DNA of 64,000 nt from Azolla caroliniana (taxonomy: Eukaryota; Plantae; Polypodiophyta): positions 16,120,001 to 16,184,000 of the forward strand of contig JBHGNT010000018.1 of the NCBI GenBank assembly GCA_043228905.1, written 5' to 3'. Each line of letters begins with the position of its first letter. The first letter of the stretch is position 1. A model generated the notes under the pieces. That model worked only from the letters and a program-made list of their open reading frames with translations. It had not been told where the DNA came from and searched no databases. A program made the position numbers and the translations under genes. Shown here piece by piece: positions 23,661 through 37,312 of the stretch.

Positions 23661-24660
23661 TACCTATTTTGTTTGCAGATCTTGAAGCCGCTGGTAGTTG
23701 ACGTCGCCTATCCGCTTGTGCCACAAGTCGATGTCCGACTCGGATTTTTGTCCCTTCACGAACATTGTGGGGCCACCGTCAGTGGAGTCGAGGATGAACA
23801 TCCTCCCGTCTTTGCGCCCTTGTGTAATCACACGGCCTTCTTCCTCAATGAAGCACCTGAGGTGTGTAAACCGAACCTCCATCCCTTGGTCGACGATCTG
23901 TCCGACCGAGACCAAGCTCTTCATGATTGTCGGAACGTGCAACACATTCATGAGTTTCCCTTTCTGCCCGACATGGCTAAGGGGAACTTCTCCAACATTC
24001 GCGATCGGATGCGGAGTGTCGTCTCCAGTTGCGACTACTCCAGATTGTATCGGTTTTCAAGGTATGAGAACCACTCCTTATGGCTCGTCATGTGGTTTGA
24101 CACGCTGGAGTCCACGTACCACACCTCGTCTGATCTCGGGGTGGTCCGTTTCATTGAGTTTGCTTTGTGTCTCGTCACGAAGACAGACCCTTCTCCGGCT
24201 CTCCCGAAGTCTTCAACGTAGTGCGATCGCTGCCGATTTCCCTTGTCAGTATGTCCGGAGCCGTTTCCGGAACTGGTTCTCTCCGAATCGGCGCACTTCT
24301 TCCAACACTCACTTTCCCTGTGGCCTTTCTTGCCACAGTACCAGCACTCCGCGATGGCCTTCCCTTGCCGGGTGTCATCGCTTCGACTCCCCCTGTTTCC
24401 GGAGGGTCCGGAGTTGCTGTCTTCCTTGATCTCATCGGCCACCTCCATTGCGCGCCGACTCGCCTCGTCCTCCACTTCCACGGGGCCTATCTCCCTCCGT
24501 GTACAACATTCTGTTGTCGGTGTGCGTGCTTGTGGACGCACCCGCGTGGTTCTCCTCTACCAGGAGCATCGACTGTAAGTCGAAAAAGGACGGCATATTC
24601 TCCCGGGTACACACAGCCGTTCGGAACGCTCCGAACTTCGACGCCAAACCTCCGAGACAG

Positions 24661-27600
24661 AAAAAACTGGATGAATTTCAACGTCATCGGGAAGAGCGAG
24701 ACGAAAGGTTAATGAACCAATGCGTTTGAGGACTTGAAAAGGTCCACAAAACCGTGGGGCTAACTTAGCGCACTTACCCGTAGTCAATGTCTTAGACTTG
24801 TAAGGTACACGTAAAAATACCTTCCGTCCAGGGTTGAATACCTGAGGTTGCCTATTATGATCGGTGTAAAAACGTGCTCTATCTTGAGCTGTTTTTATAT
24901 TATCTCGTGCAATATGCAACATATCTTGCATATCCCAAAGAAAGTTTTGCGTATTTTGCAACTCATCATGATGTATATTAACATCAATCAGGGCTCGTGG
25001 CTGAAAACCATACATCAACATAAAAGGACTATATCTCGTGGACATATGCTTGGAGTTGTTATAAGCAAACTCCAAAATTGGGAGATAAGGTTCCCTTTTT
25101 GTTGGTTTTGCACCAACATATGCTCGAAGCATGTCCTCAATAATTTTATTTACTCGTTCTATCTGTCCATCGGATTGAGGATGATCTGTAGAGCTCATGC
25201 TCAACGTAGTTTCTAACTTCTTAAAGACTTGCGTCTAGAAGTCACTAGTAAACTATGGATCTCGATCACTCACGATATCCATTGGTAATCAATAAAACAA
25301 AATAACTCGTCAACGAATTGGTAAGCCAATTCAGGAGCTATTACCGTGGTTTTAGTAGCAATAAATCTGGCCATTTTAGTTAGTCTATCAACCACAACCC
25401 AGATGACATCATGGTCGTTTTGGGTGCGACGAAGGCTAACAATAAAATCCATGGATATACTTTCCCACTTATTATTGGGAATGTCCAAGGGATGTAAAAG
25501 TCTTGCGGCCTTAAGTCGCTCGGCTTTGTTAACCTGACATTGGTGACATTTAGTAACATAGCTATGTATGTCAGGATGCATCTTAGGCCAATATAATTGA
25601 GTGGAGATGAGAATGAGTGTACGATGTATTCTAGGGTGCCCTCTTGAGGGTGCATCATGGCGTTCAAAAAGAATTCTTTTTTTGACCTCTGGCAAATCTG
25701 GAACACAAACCTTCCCATTACAATAGAGAAAACCGTTAGAAATGTGGAAGTATTCCTTCAAGGATGTGGTGGTGTCTGTCATCGGGATACTTTCCTCGAA
25801 GGTGATCATAAAGATATGATGTTATTTCAATGAGGTTCAACATGTTAACTTCGCGGATGCGACTTAGTGCATCAACGATAGTGTTCATGGAACCTTTACG
25901 ATATCGTATGGAAAAATCAAAGTCCTGGATGAAATAAGTCCACCGTGCCTTACGACCTTTCAGGTCTTGTTGGTCACAAAAATATTTGAAGGACTCGTGG
26001 TCCGTGATTACCACAAAACGGTTTCCATAAAGATAATGGCGCCATGTTTTGAGCGCATGTATAACTGTAATTTCTTTTCTTGAACCGTATACCGACATTG
26101 AGCAAAATCAAGTTCCTTACTCTCGAATGCTATTAGTTTACCATCTTGATATAAGACAACACCTATAGCATAATCGCTTGCATCGGTTTCAACTTCAATG
26201 GTTTTAAAGGATCGAGTAAAAGAAGTGAAGGAGCCTTCCACACCAGGTCTTTGAGTTCCTTAAAGGCGAGGTCTAGTGTAGCATTCCACACAATAGGTTG
26301 TGTAGACTTACGCGATTGACCTTTTAGAAGATCAATAAACAGTGTCGTCAATTGGGAGTAATTACGAAGGGATTTTCGCAAAAACCCGACATGATCGAAC
26401 TTCTCGAATATTCCGAAGAGTGGGCCAAAGTTTGATTTTCTCGATGCGAGAAGGATCAATTTCAACTCCTCGTTAGGTTATGAGATGTCCAAGATAAGGA
26501 ATTGATTTCTTGAAGAACTCGCATTTTGAGATCTTCGCGTAGATTTGCTTGTCACGCAATGTTTGTAAAACAAAGCGGACATGTTTAGCATGTTCTTCTA
26601 ATGTACGACTATAAACTAGAATATCATCCAAGAAAATAACAACAAATTTTCCAAGTTGTTCTCGGAAAATGTCATTCATTTCTTGTTGAAATGTGGCCAA
26701 AGCATTGGTCAAACCAAAAACTCATAATGACCATAGCGCGTACGAAATGTCGTTTTAGGAACATCGTCCTCACTTATACGAATTTGATGGTAGACCGTAC
26801 GGAGATCAAGTTTCGTAAAGTACCGAGCTCCCTGGAGACGGTCAATTAGATCGTCAACCCGGGGCAATGGATATGAATTCTTGATTGTCACTTTATTGAA
26901 GCGTCAATAATTAATACACATACGCCATGTGCCCTCTTTCTTTTTTACCAAGAGAACAGGTGCACCCCATGGTGATTTACTATAACGTATATAACCCATT
27001 CGTAAATAGTCTTTGAGTTTCTTAGATACCTCATCCTCTTCGGATCGACTTAAGCGACAAGGAGGTATACTTATTGGTGCAACTCTAGGTACAATATCTA
27101 TATGATGGTCTATATTACGTTTAGGAGGTAACCCATGTGGTAGTTCACTCGAAAAACCATCAGGAAAATCATTTAAGATTTCATCGAGTTGTTGTTGTTC
27201 AAAATATGATAATTGCGCTGAGACATTATCAATATTGTAAACGTGAATGTCCGGATCAAGTACACAATAAAATAAAGTAGAACAAGACAACTTGGATATT
27301 GATGGAGAGGAAACAATAGAAAGAGATTGTTTTTTAACACATTGAATAAAATGAGTACAATCGTTCAGTACAAAAGTAATTGAATGATGAACCCAATCAA
27401 TAGATAAACCAGGGATAACCCAGTATTACATCAGTGGTACAAAGAGTCATTACATGGAAGTCTACTTCCTCTATATAAGTATCAATAGAAATTCCTAATG
27501 AATGAATCGCCTCGTTGATGTATTGTACTCTTCAATCAACCAAGTGCACCTTATAGGTGTGATCACTTACGATGGGTTGGATTCCCCATATCTGAACCAA

Positions 27601-30600
27601 ACGATCATTCACAAAATTGTGTGAACTTCCTGAATCAAATAAAAATTGTACGGGAGATCCATTGATATACCCGTTTGCACGTAGTAAATCATTGGATCCC
27701 AATACATAGTGAGGGAAAGAACATTGACAATTACTTAAATGATGTTTATATACCTCAAGGACATTAGGAATCTGACCTTTATGGTCTGCAACTTTTGCTT
27801 TGTTGTCGTGCTCTTTCCGTTGGAGCTTTCGACATTGTTCTTTTGTATGAACCTTCTTTTTGCAGAATACGCAAAAAGGATGTTGTCGCTTACAATCACG
27901 ATCCATGAATTCGTTGGGTGTCTTGCGTTTCCCAGCGAATTACGACTACTTAGTCCTGGGTGCTTCGTTGGGTTTATTATGGTCCTTCTTTGAAGTGCGT
28001 TGATAGCGAAGAACTATTTCAACGGCCTCTTCAAAGGATTTTGGATCCTTATCGTGCACTATCCAGTCATAGTCCGAATTGGGGATGCCATTGACAAAAC
28101 AAGTTATCAACCAATTGTCCCCTTCTAGACCCAATTTTTGGATTTGGTTTCTAGCATGGTGGACATAGTCTTCTAGCAAAGAAAATTTCCAACTAGAGAG
28201 GTTCATTAATGCTTGTCCTGCCTCGGTTCAAGATGGAGGTTGTAGAAATTGGCCCTTGAGAACTGTGACAAAATCTGTCCAGGTATCATGCAATTTCCCC
28301 AAAGTTTGGAGCCCACGCCACGAGGCAGCGGCCTTACCCCCTAGTTCTCAGTCGGCATATGCAATCTTCATACTATTTGGCGTGGGATAGAGCTCAAAAT
28401 GAGACTCCCATCAACCCAGCCACGTGCAAATTGCTTCTTCGGTTCTTTCCTTTTTTTCTCCCGTAAATGGCTTTACGACAAATGATGGTTCACCCTAACG
28501 CTCATCGGTCTATTAGTCTCACGTTGTAAACTAATGGCACGTGCCTCAAGAGCACTTTGAGATTGTTGAAGTTTGAACATCTTATGTGTGGTGGAACTAA
28601 GGAAATGTTGTATTTGTAAAAAATATGACTCAATGGACATTGGTCCAGGAGGATTTCCTTGAGTTCCTTCTGCTTGAGCTGATGACATCGGGTCGTTATT
28701 CTCAAAAGAGCTCAATTCGCTAGAGAGTTGGGTGCACCAATCGTCATGCATGACTACCTGACCAGAGAGTTTACTGCACTAAGCCATTGAATGATTATTT
28801 CTGGCAAAGAAATAGGATGAGGTCAGACAAATAGTCATAACATCAAGTGGTGATGTAAACATATCATGGGCCAACATTAATCGATATCATGATCTCACAT
28901 CAATACCCCTCTAGACGTATGAGATGAGGTTCAAGATTAGGTTACTGCGGTAACACAAAGGTGTCTTAAAAACCATGGGGGTGACAAATGAATGTCTTTC
29001 CTTGATCTCTATATCGATTTTTTCATGGCGGTTCCCTGAGGCTCAACCATGTATGTTCGCGTCATGAATAGTTTTTACACGAAAAAAATGTTAACAATAA
29101 ACTATGTTTCTATGCACATGTATGTGGTCTCGGCTCTTTAAGTCCTATTACGACCCCGAAGCACACTTAGACCTAAAGTCTAAACATGTATTATAATCAT
29201 TTGTATCAACAATGTTGTATGGTCTTGGTCATATTTGAACTCGAGACGTCGAGAACAAATGCATTGAAAACTTGAGCTAACCAAATAGGTTGCTCGTGTT
29301 GAATGTTTAACATTTTATGCATATAAGAGATATGTGAGGCATTTGCCCATTGATATATGTTTTTTTAAAAGAAACATATATGTCAAGAGTTCTTATTTCC
29401 CAAGCCCTCTTGTTTACCACAAACTATGTTGGTACATTACCTAACCTCAAGTCTCATAATTACGATGGCATACGCCAAAGTGCAACCTAATGGTCAAGCC
29501 AAATGAGCCCTATTTTCGTAGTAGGCCCACGTGGCCCATCACATGGTTATATCATTACGAAGGCCTTTCGTAAGAATGATCTCATGGTGCATCGTATCCA
29601 TGTAATGAGGGAGGGATGTTGGATATGTGTGTCATAGGAGCGACCTCACATGAAGTGGGTCAAAGCCTACGTTCTCAACATCATTGTGGCTATGAGCATT
29701 TTGTTACGTAATGAAATTGAAGTGACCAACGGTGATGTCAACAAAAAATTTGTTGAAAAAAGGATGGTGACTACACCATTCTCACAAAAATGTGAGGACG
29801 GCCACCGAGATCCTTTCCCCGAATATACACATACGACATAGAAATCACGTAATAACTAATATACACATATATATGATCAAATATGTATACACGTGATCAC
29901 ATATGCATATATTTTAAAAAAAATCGCAATATCAAATAGCCAACAATGATGTAATCGAGATACATAATTGAGGCATTTAGCCTCTACGTACACGAAACAT
30001 CCAAAAATAAGGGTAATCGTAATGCGCAATTGAGGCATTGACCTCTTATGCATACGACACCAAATGCATACCATTTACATTGAAATCGAGGTATTGACCT
30101 CATACGCATACGTAACATATGTATGTGAACGTAATACGCAATTGAGGTATTAACCTCGTACGCATACGACACGAATCACATATCAAATATACACATATGC
30201 AATTGTTTTACACAACCAAGTAACTACCACTACAACATCATTGAATCAATAAAGAAAAAAACATATTGATTGTACATGAATAGATTGGGAGAAGAAAGAA
30301 TAGCAAAAAAAACAAGAAAGAGTTACTGAAGTTCGTTTGTTGATCAATCGCTATCTAGATCAAGGTCGACCGCACGTCAATCGATCACCATCCATCAAGA
30401 AGTCAAAAACCAACAAAAGAAACATTAGAAACAATAGCTCTGATACCAACTGTTAGAGCGATGGTTTAACGAAAGCATATGATAAGGACATAAGATATAA
30501 GAAATAAGAAAGGAGAGAGAGAAAGAAGGGTGTCGATCCACCCAACCACCCCCGAGCGAAGGGATCGAGACAGACTCGAGCCTCGATCGGCGTCCCATAC

Positions 30601-30904
30601 CACCGTCGTGGTGTCGAGTCGTACCTAGTGCTGGCGCAATCGCTACAAGAGTTGACCCACCACAAGAACAGAGTCACAACGTAGTCAACAGATGATCAAA
30701 TGAGGGTAGCTAGGCCTCAGATTTATAGCGAGCCCCCAGGCTCCCAGGCAAGTTCACACTTGGCCTAATGGGTTGTCTCAACCCCGCAGATTAAAAGTAA
30801 TCCTCCCTTCTTTACACTCTCCTTTAACCCTCACACCTATCCACGTGTATAGAATACTATGGTAAATTCTCACCACAGGATATTATATGGCCATGCCCGT
30901 AACA
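24661..30904 (-). mobile_element. G4: degraded chromovirus-type Ty3/gypsy, 3' end deleted
   Basis: 5' LTR 30451-30904, Met PBS TGGTATCAGAGCT at 30436-30448, leader of about 1.7 kb. Gag about 28750-27800, FDSGSSHNF protease, [21 protein letters not shown] RNase H, integrase ending at HPVF. Many stops. Confidence 0.9.
29950..30170. repeat. Degenerate repeats in G4 leader
   Basis: About 4 copies of AATTGAGG(C/T)ATT(G/A)ACCTC. Confidence 0.6.
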
Positions 30905-32350
30905 CCATACATCATTGTGTACTATCTCAAGTGCATACCTGCTTAGATATTTCTCACGTTTAAACAGTAATCTAGAATGTTTACCAAATTGACATGCTTC
31001 ACATAATTGATGGGGATAGCCTCCTTTGAAATTTGGCAATCCATGAACAACATTTCCATATTGCATTTGCTTAAGCTTTTGAACATTTACATGACCTAAC
31101 CATTTATGCCACAAATCCAATTGTGCAATAGATTTATTATCATGACTAACAAACATTACTTGGGAATCATGCATTTTTACCTCCATGGTGAATAATCTAT
31201 CTTGCTTTGTTCCTTTAGCAATAATTTTAAACTGCTTTCTTGGATCTTCTACATAGAATCCTTTTGATGTGAATCGAACTTTATATCCCTTCTCTACTAT
31301 TTTCCCTACATATATCAAATTCTTAGTAATTGTTGGCACATGAAGTACTTCAAACAAACAATTTGTTCCATTAGTTGTTTGAAACCTTACATCACCAATA
31401 TGCTTTATTGAATGTGATGTATCATCACCTATCTGAACATGTCCTGATGTACTTGGCACAAACAAATTACTAAACCAAACTTTATTATATGACATCCGAT
31501 TACTGCATCATTATCAATATACCAATCATTACTATTTGACTTGTCACCTTTAATCATATGATTCATCACAAAAACATTTCCATTCTTATTAGAAGTTGAT
31601 GCAAAATTACTTGATTGTAATTTATTGTTATTTCTATAATAACATTGATGTGCATAATGACCAAATTTTCCACATACATAACAATTATTTTGACTTCTAT
31701 TATTTGACCATCATCCTTGACCTCTACCTCTTTGTTTATCTCTACCTCTTAATTCTCCTCAATGATTTTGATTTTGATTTTGACTTTCATCTCTATCACG
31801 ATGTTGATAGTTATTTATCCTTCCTCTACCTCTTCCTCTTCCTTGTTGTCCTCTTCCAAATCTTCCTCTTCCTCTTGATCTTGCATACAATACTTGCAGT
31901 TGATTGCCCTTGGGATATGAACCTTGTAGGTTCATCTCCTCTGTAATCATTCGTGAAACCAATTGATCAAAATCTGGTAAATTCTCTCTAATATATAGTG
32001 ATGTAGTAAAAGCCTTCCACTTATCATCACCTTTTAAACCATTCAAAGTATATGTAATTAAATCATCATCATCTACCGTTAATCCAATAGATCCTAATGC
32101 ATCCGCCAATTCTTTAACTCGTAGAATATAATCATTTATAGTAATTGAGGGGGATTTCCTCGAATTATTCAACTCACTCTTTAATTGTATTTTTCTAGCC
32201 TTGGTAGAGGAAAAATACAATATCTCTGAAGTATCCCACACTTGTTTTGATGTAGTTAACTCTTGTATATGACCAATCATTGAATTTGATATATGTTGTG
32301 AAAGAAAGAATATACCTCTTTTATCCTTTTCATTCCAATTATTAAATTGC
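30905..32350 (-). pseudogene. CopD: AT-rich copia gag-protease-integrase fragment, host of G4
   Basis: ORF 31759-32280 is gag-like. ORF 30857-31495 has VLHVPTITKNL, LWHKWLGH, CEAC and VHNDVW, cut by the G4 LTR. Confidence 0.88.
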
Positions 32351-32960
32351 CTTAGTAGCTAGAAAAGTAGTAGGCCACTTGTAATTCATAATATATGTTT
32401 AATTAGTGATAAAAACTAAAATATCATGAGACATAAGAAGAAATTTGTGTAATTAGACAAGCATATACATCAAATAGATTATATTAGAAGAGGATTATTG
32501 CTTATACATGAGCATGAATAGCTTAGAGGATTTAAGAGAGAAGAGGATTAACATAAGTTAACTCTAGCTTGTGGAGGGTGCTTCTCTATTTTTAGCACAC
32601 CCTCTTACATCTATGCATTGCCTTTTATAGAGAGGTTGGGTCTTTCTAGTTGCATGTCTAATTTGAGTGGTTCTTCTTTTTCATATATTTTTTACCATTG
32701 CTTTGCTCCTCTTTTTCTTCCTTTATGCAAACTTCTTTGCTCCACCATAGAATTACTCTTTTACTTTTTATCTTGCTCACTACTTTTAGAGTAAATACAT
32801 AGATATATGTCTAATATAAAATCTTTATGACATATTTTAATTATTAATATTACCTATCATATTAGTATATATTAATAATATACTAGGCTACTTATATCCT
32901 AGTTATATATTTATTAAATAAAACTTATATCCTAGTTATAAAAACTCAATATACTAATGA
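32351..32960. other. Unassigned AT-rich segment, possibly an LTR fragment
   Basis: Non-coding, with a reverse TATA (CTTTTATAG) near 32623. No clean termini or TSD. Confidence 0.35.
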
Positions 32961-34350
32961 GCTTGCTTCTTTCAACTCCGATGACATATTGTTATCTCAA
33001 CAACATTATGTGTTGAATATGTTGTACAAGTTCAGCATGACGGATTGTCGACCAGTCTCCACACCCTTGGACTAGAACCTAAAGCTTCGTCCCGACTCTG
33101 GACCAACCTGCGATGAGAAACGGTTCTAAAAAATTGTCAAAAGCCTCATTTATTTGACAATCACCCGACCTGACATAGCATCCGGTCGGAGCGATCAATC
33201 AATTCATGCAGAAGTTGACTATGGAGCACCTTCAGTGCGCGCACCGAATACTGAGGTATGTTAGCAACACTAAGGACCGGGACTGTTATACCGGCGTGGT
33301 ATAACCGAGAAGCTAGTCGGATATACTCATGTCAATTGGGCCGGAGATGCATCAGATTGACAGTCCACTTCAAGATTCATGTTTTCTTTGGGTAGTGCAG
33401 TTGTTGCGTGGAGCAGCAAAACACAACCAACTGTAGCTCTGTCGAGCAATGAGGCTAAATATCGGGGCACTATTGTTGCCACCTGTGAAGCCATTCGGCT
33501 TCCGCGGTTGCTACAAGACCTCCGGATCGAAGTACTGACTTCGATCCCAATCTACCGTGACAACATGAGCAGCATGCAACTAGCCAAAAACCTCGTGTTG
33601 CATGCTCGGACAAAGCACATCAAAGTGCATTATCACTTTGTGCGGGAGAGGGTTCTCTGCGGTGAAGTAGGACTCCGGTATGTCCAAATGGATCGGCAGG
33701 TTGCCGACATCTTCATGAAGGCCCTTGGGACCAACAAGTTGCAGCATTTGTCGGAGATTCTTGGTCTTCAACATTTTGACGTGCCACACTTGAGGGGGAG
33801 AACCGGAACTGATACGGGGAGAACCGGAACGGAAACTGGGAAAACAGGGGGAGACAAGAAGAAAAAGGAAGTTGAGTTGACTAAAGAAGTCGGCACATCC
33901 GATAAATTCGGAACAAGTGGTGACGGCGGCGGAGTCAAGAAGGAGAGAGTCGACCAGAAGAAGAAGGCCAAGACCCGGACATGGTCTAATGTGGTAAAGG
34001 GCCTGAAGACTGATGACAAATTGGAGATATCCAATTCGGACAAGAGTTGGAACGAATCGCATGCACCCGATTCAAAAGAGGTGGTTAATTCAGATGAACC
34101 AGATCAACTCAAGGCCAAACAGACGAGGAGGCAGCGGAAATCCACATCAATACGAAGGGACTGACGAGTCTAAGAACACCGAAGTTGCAACAACGAAGGA
34201 GCTGAGACGAGCCTTCTAAGCAGACAAGCCGACCGAGAAGGTCGAGCAACGCAGAACTAGACGGGTCGAGGAAAGATGAACCGGTGTTGCGAAAATACGA
34301 CGAGGATACGTGAACTTTAGGCAGGACCCCGGGGCCTCCGACCGGAAGAT

Positions 34351-35415
34351 ATCAGATTCGTATGATTATATTAAACAATTAATATAAAATGAGAAAGATT
34401 CACAAATTTCATTAATAAAGGGAAAGAAAAATTAAAATCAATCTCAAGATTGAGATTACAAAAAGTTTAGCTAATGGAGATTACTAGAGTAATAGATAAG
34501 AGGAAATTAAGATATGGATTCTATAGAAAATTAGGGTTCTTGGCTTTGATAAGAGATTATGGTTTTATGAGTTGAATAGCTTCCGTATGGAAAATTTAGG
34601 GTTATGGGTAAGATATGGCTTCCGTAGGGAAAATTAGGGTTTTTTAGTGTTATGGTTTCCGTAGGGAAAATTAGGGTTTTTTAGTGTTATGGTTTCCGTA
34701 GGGAAAATTAGGATTTATGAGAGTTATGGCTTCCCTAAGATAAGGGAGCTGAGAAGGAAAAGAAAATAATGGAGAGAGTGTATCTGTAGGGAAAAAAATG
34801 GAATATATATGGAGTTCTCTGTTGATCATACCCTTCCATGTTTCTTTGCATGTCCACTTTTAGTTGCATAGCTTTTTCTTTAAGTTGAATCTATTTTTAG
34901 TTGCATGGCTTTTCTTTTAGTTGCATGCAACCGTCCACATGACCTTTACTTCAAATTGCTTCACTTCACTTTAATTAGCCACATGATATCATTATCCGTT
35001 CGGTTTGCGTCCAGCCTCATCCGATCGCCGGTTCCGTCCGATCGCCGATTGCCGCCGCCTCACCGGCTCCGCCGTCAATTCCGATTTGCTTACCGGCCAG
35101 TTTCCGGTTTTGCTTACCGACCAGTTTCAGTTTTGCTTATCGGTGGGTTCTAATTTTGCTTACCGGACAGTTTCCGATTTTTGGGAACTTAGCCACCATC
35201 ATCCATCAAGACAAAGTGGCCAAAGTGCTCTTAGCACATATGGAAAGTGAGGGGTCTCAAGGTGCTTATATAGCCAGAGCCTTAAGTTTCCTATCTATGT
35301 GGGATAAATCATAGTTCTATTTTCCCTATCATCTCTAGCATCCATCTTTCTATAACATCCCATTAAGCTAATATAAAGTACTTATTTTATTATTATTACT
35401 TTTTACATAGTGTGA
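34351..35415 (-). mobile_element. Solo-LTR-like insertion in the CopE 3' region
   Basis: Flanked by GAAGAT at 34345-34350 and 35416-35421. Reverse TATA near 35266. Termini are not clean TG..CA. Confidence 0.55.
34510..34735. repeat. 37-bp tandem repeat containing ATTAGGGTTT
   Basis: Unit TTATGGTTTCCGTAGGGAAAATTAGGGTTTTTTAGTG; about 5 copies, some degenerate. Confidence 0.85.
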
Positions 35416-37312
35416 GAAGATTCACACGACACCGGACCGGACGAGGAGCGCGAGCCAGGCGGGAGGACACTAGGAAGAGCCTGAGGAGAGGACCAGCTAC
35501 CGCAGACATTGGCACTGCAATCCGACCTCAACTTGAGCTTGAGGGGGACTGTTGAGCGGACAAGCTCAACTGGATTCGGATTGGCTTGAATAAGCCAGAG
35601 CCGGATCCGTATACAGATCGGAGAATCAGATGGGTATTCGGAACCAAGAGCCAGGTCAAAGAGTCGGATCGGATTGTAACCGGTAGGCCGTTAGGGGCCT
35701 ACGAATCTAGCCTAGTACGTAAGCATATTTTTAGGAGTTAGTGTGAGTCGCTCATATGACCATTGAAGTACATATCAGTACTTCTGTCAATCCGTGTAAG
35801 GACTTGTATAAAAGTGCTCACTGAGCACATTGTATGTACAAAGTGTTATTATTTTGAATTGACTTCACTGTTTTGCTCTCTCTATCTCTCCCGCTCTCTA
35901 TCTATGTGATTCAAGCTTCCATTAAACCTTGTCTCTGTTTTTTGTTGTTATCCGGATAAATCGGTTTGTCAAAGCTTCCATATATTAACTTTGACAAGAA
36001 CTTAGAGAGAAGGTGACTACATAAGCACCTTCTCCTTCTCTTACATGTACCTACCATCATGAAGAATTTGGTCTTAGTCAGCCAAATTGTGGGGCAAGGC
36101 ATGTGAGTCTGCTTTAACCACTCAGAGTGCTTCATTGAGAAAGAGGGTTGACTCATCACTCAAGGACGAAGAGAAGGTGGAATGTTCATTCTCGACTCTC
36201 ACAAGATGAAATCGAAGTCAACACAAACATAGAGTTGTGTCACAAGAGAATTGGCCACATCAATCTCCATACCCTCAAGGCAATGCAATCGATAGGATTC
36301 GTCATCGAGCTCCCGACCTTCAAAGAGAAAGAGATTGAAGATGTATGTGAAGCTTTCCAATTCGGGAAACAACATTGACACCCATTCTGAAAGAACAAAA
36401 CGTGAGCAAAGGCCTCCTAGATGTGATCCGCTCAACCAAGTAGGAACCAACATAGATGGCAACAGTCAAAGGATGTTGATACTATGTCACATTCATACTT
36501 GGATCTATCCGATGCACCACAAGAATGAAGTGTTCACACACTTCCAACCATTGTTGTAAAATACTTAGCATAAAATACGTGTAGAATATGTATTCTATGT
36601 ATTCTACAAGCATTCTAACTTTTTTTTAAATATACTTAGAATACGTATTTTATAGATAAAATACGTTAAATACTTAGAATACGTGTAGAATATTTAGAAT
36701 AGGTTTAGAATACTTAAAATACGTGTAGAACACTTGTAAAATACGTTAAATACTTCTTAAATTTTAAAGTTTTTCTTCTTCAAAAAAAAGAAATGTTTTT
36801 GAAATGATAAATACTTGTTAAATGTGTTGAATACGTAGAATACGTTGTCGTGGAGAAAACCGACCTTAGGCAGAATCAGTGTAAAAGGTGCATAAACCGG
36901 CCCTTACGCGCGCGCACAAGTATTGATCAGTTGTACATAATTAGGAATAGGTCGGCTGATGTAAATATACTAGGTAGTACACATTTATTAGCTAGGAAAT
37001 CGATGAGTAACTCTGTCTGAAGGGACAGAGAATAAGGATGATGTATTCAGGATGTGACAGCCCTCCCCAGTAGCCTATAGAAGAGGGGAGAAGGCTGAAA
37101 CAAGTATCACGTTTTGGCGAGGACGGAGTGTTGTCGGACTGGGGACCGAGCCTTCTCCTCCTCTATTGTTGTTCTTTACAGGTTTCTAGGGCGGTTGCCC
37201 TTGCTTCGAGTAAAGCCCGAGTGCTTCCGGCAGAGGCTCCATTGTATGTGTGCAAGTGTGTGTGTGCGTTGGGTCTATTGTCAGCGTGCCAGTTAGAATC
37301 TCACGGGCGCTG

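Larger units (their letters stand above)
19254..24660 (-). mobile_element. CopC: Ty1/copia, 3' LTR plus gag-pol, 5' end deleted
   Basis: 3' LTR 19254-19666, PPT 19667-19678. RNase H about 20200-21300, INT-RT ORF to 23660, protease and CWYCGKKGH knuckle to 24660. Confidence 0.93.
32970..36021 (+). mobile_element. CopE: copia 3' half (RT end, RNase H, extension, 3' LTR)
   Basis: AWSSKTQ...HARTKHI RNase H in ORF 33379-34164. PPT 35538-35549. LTR from 35550 (TGTTGAGCG) to about 36021, similar to the CopC LTR. Confidence 0.85.

Noticed and set aside
32970-33100. CopE as the continuation of CopB after the E2 insertion
   Set aside because: It overlaps the region CopB already has (ILISQRHYV) with a different sequence and lacks an E2 LTR/ACGT junction.
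34620-34715. Interstitial telomere
   Set aside because: The TTAGGG motifs are isolated within a 37-bp unit, not tandem telomeric repeats.
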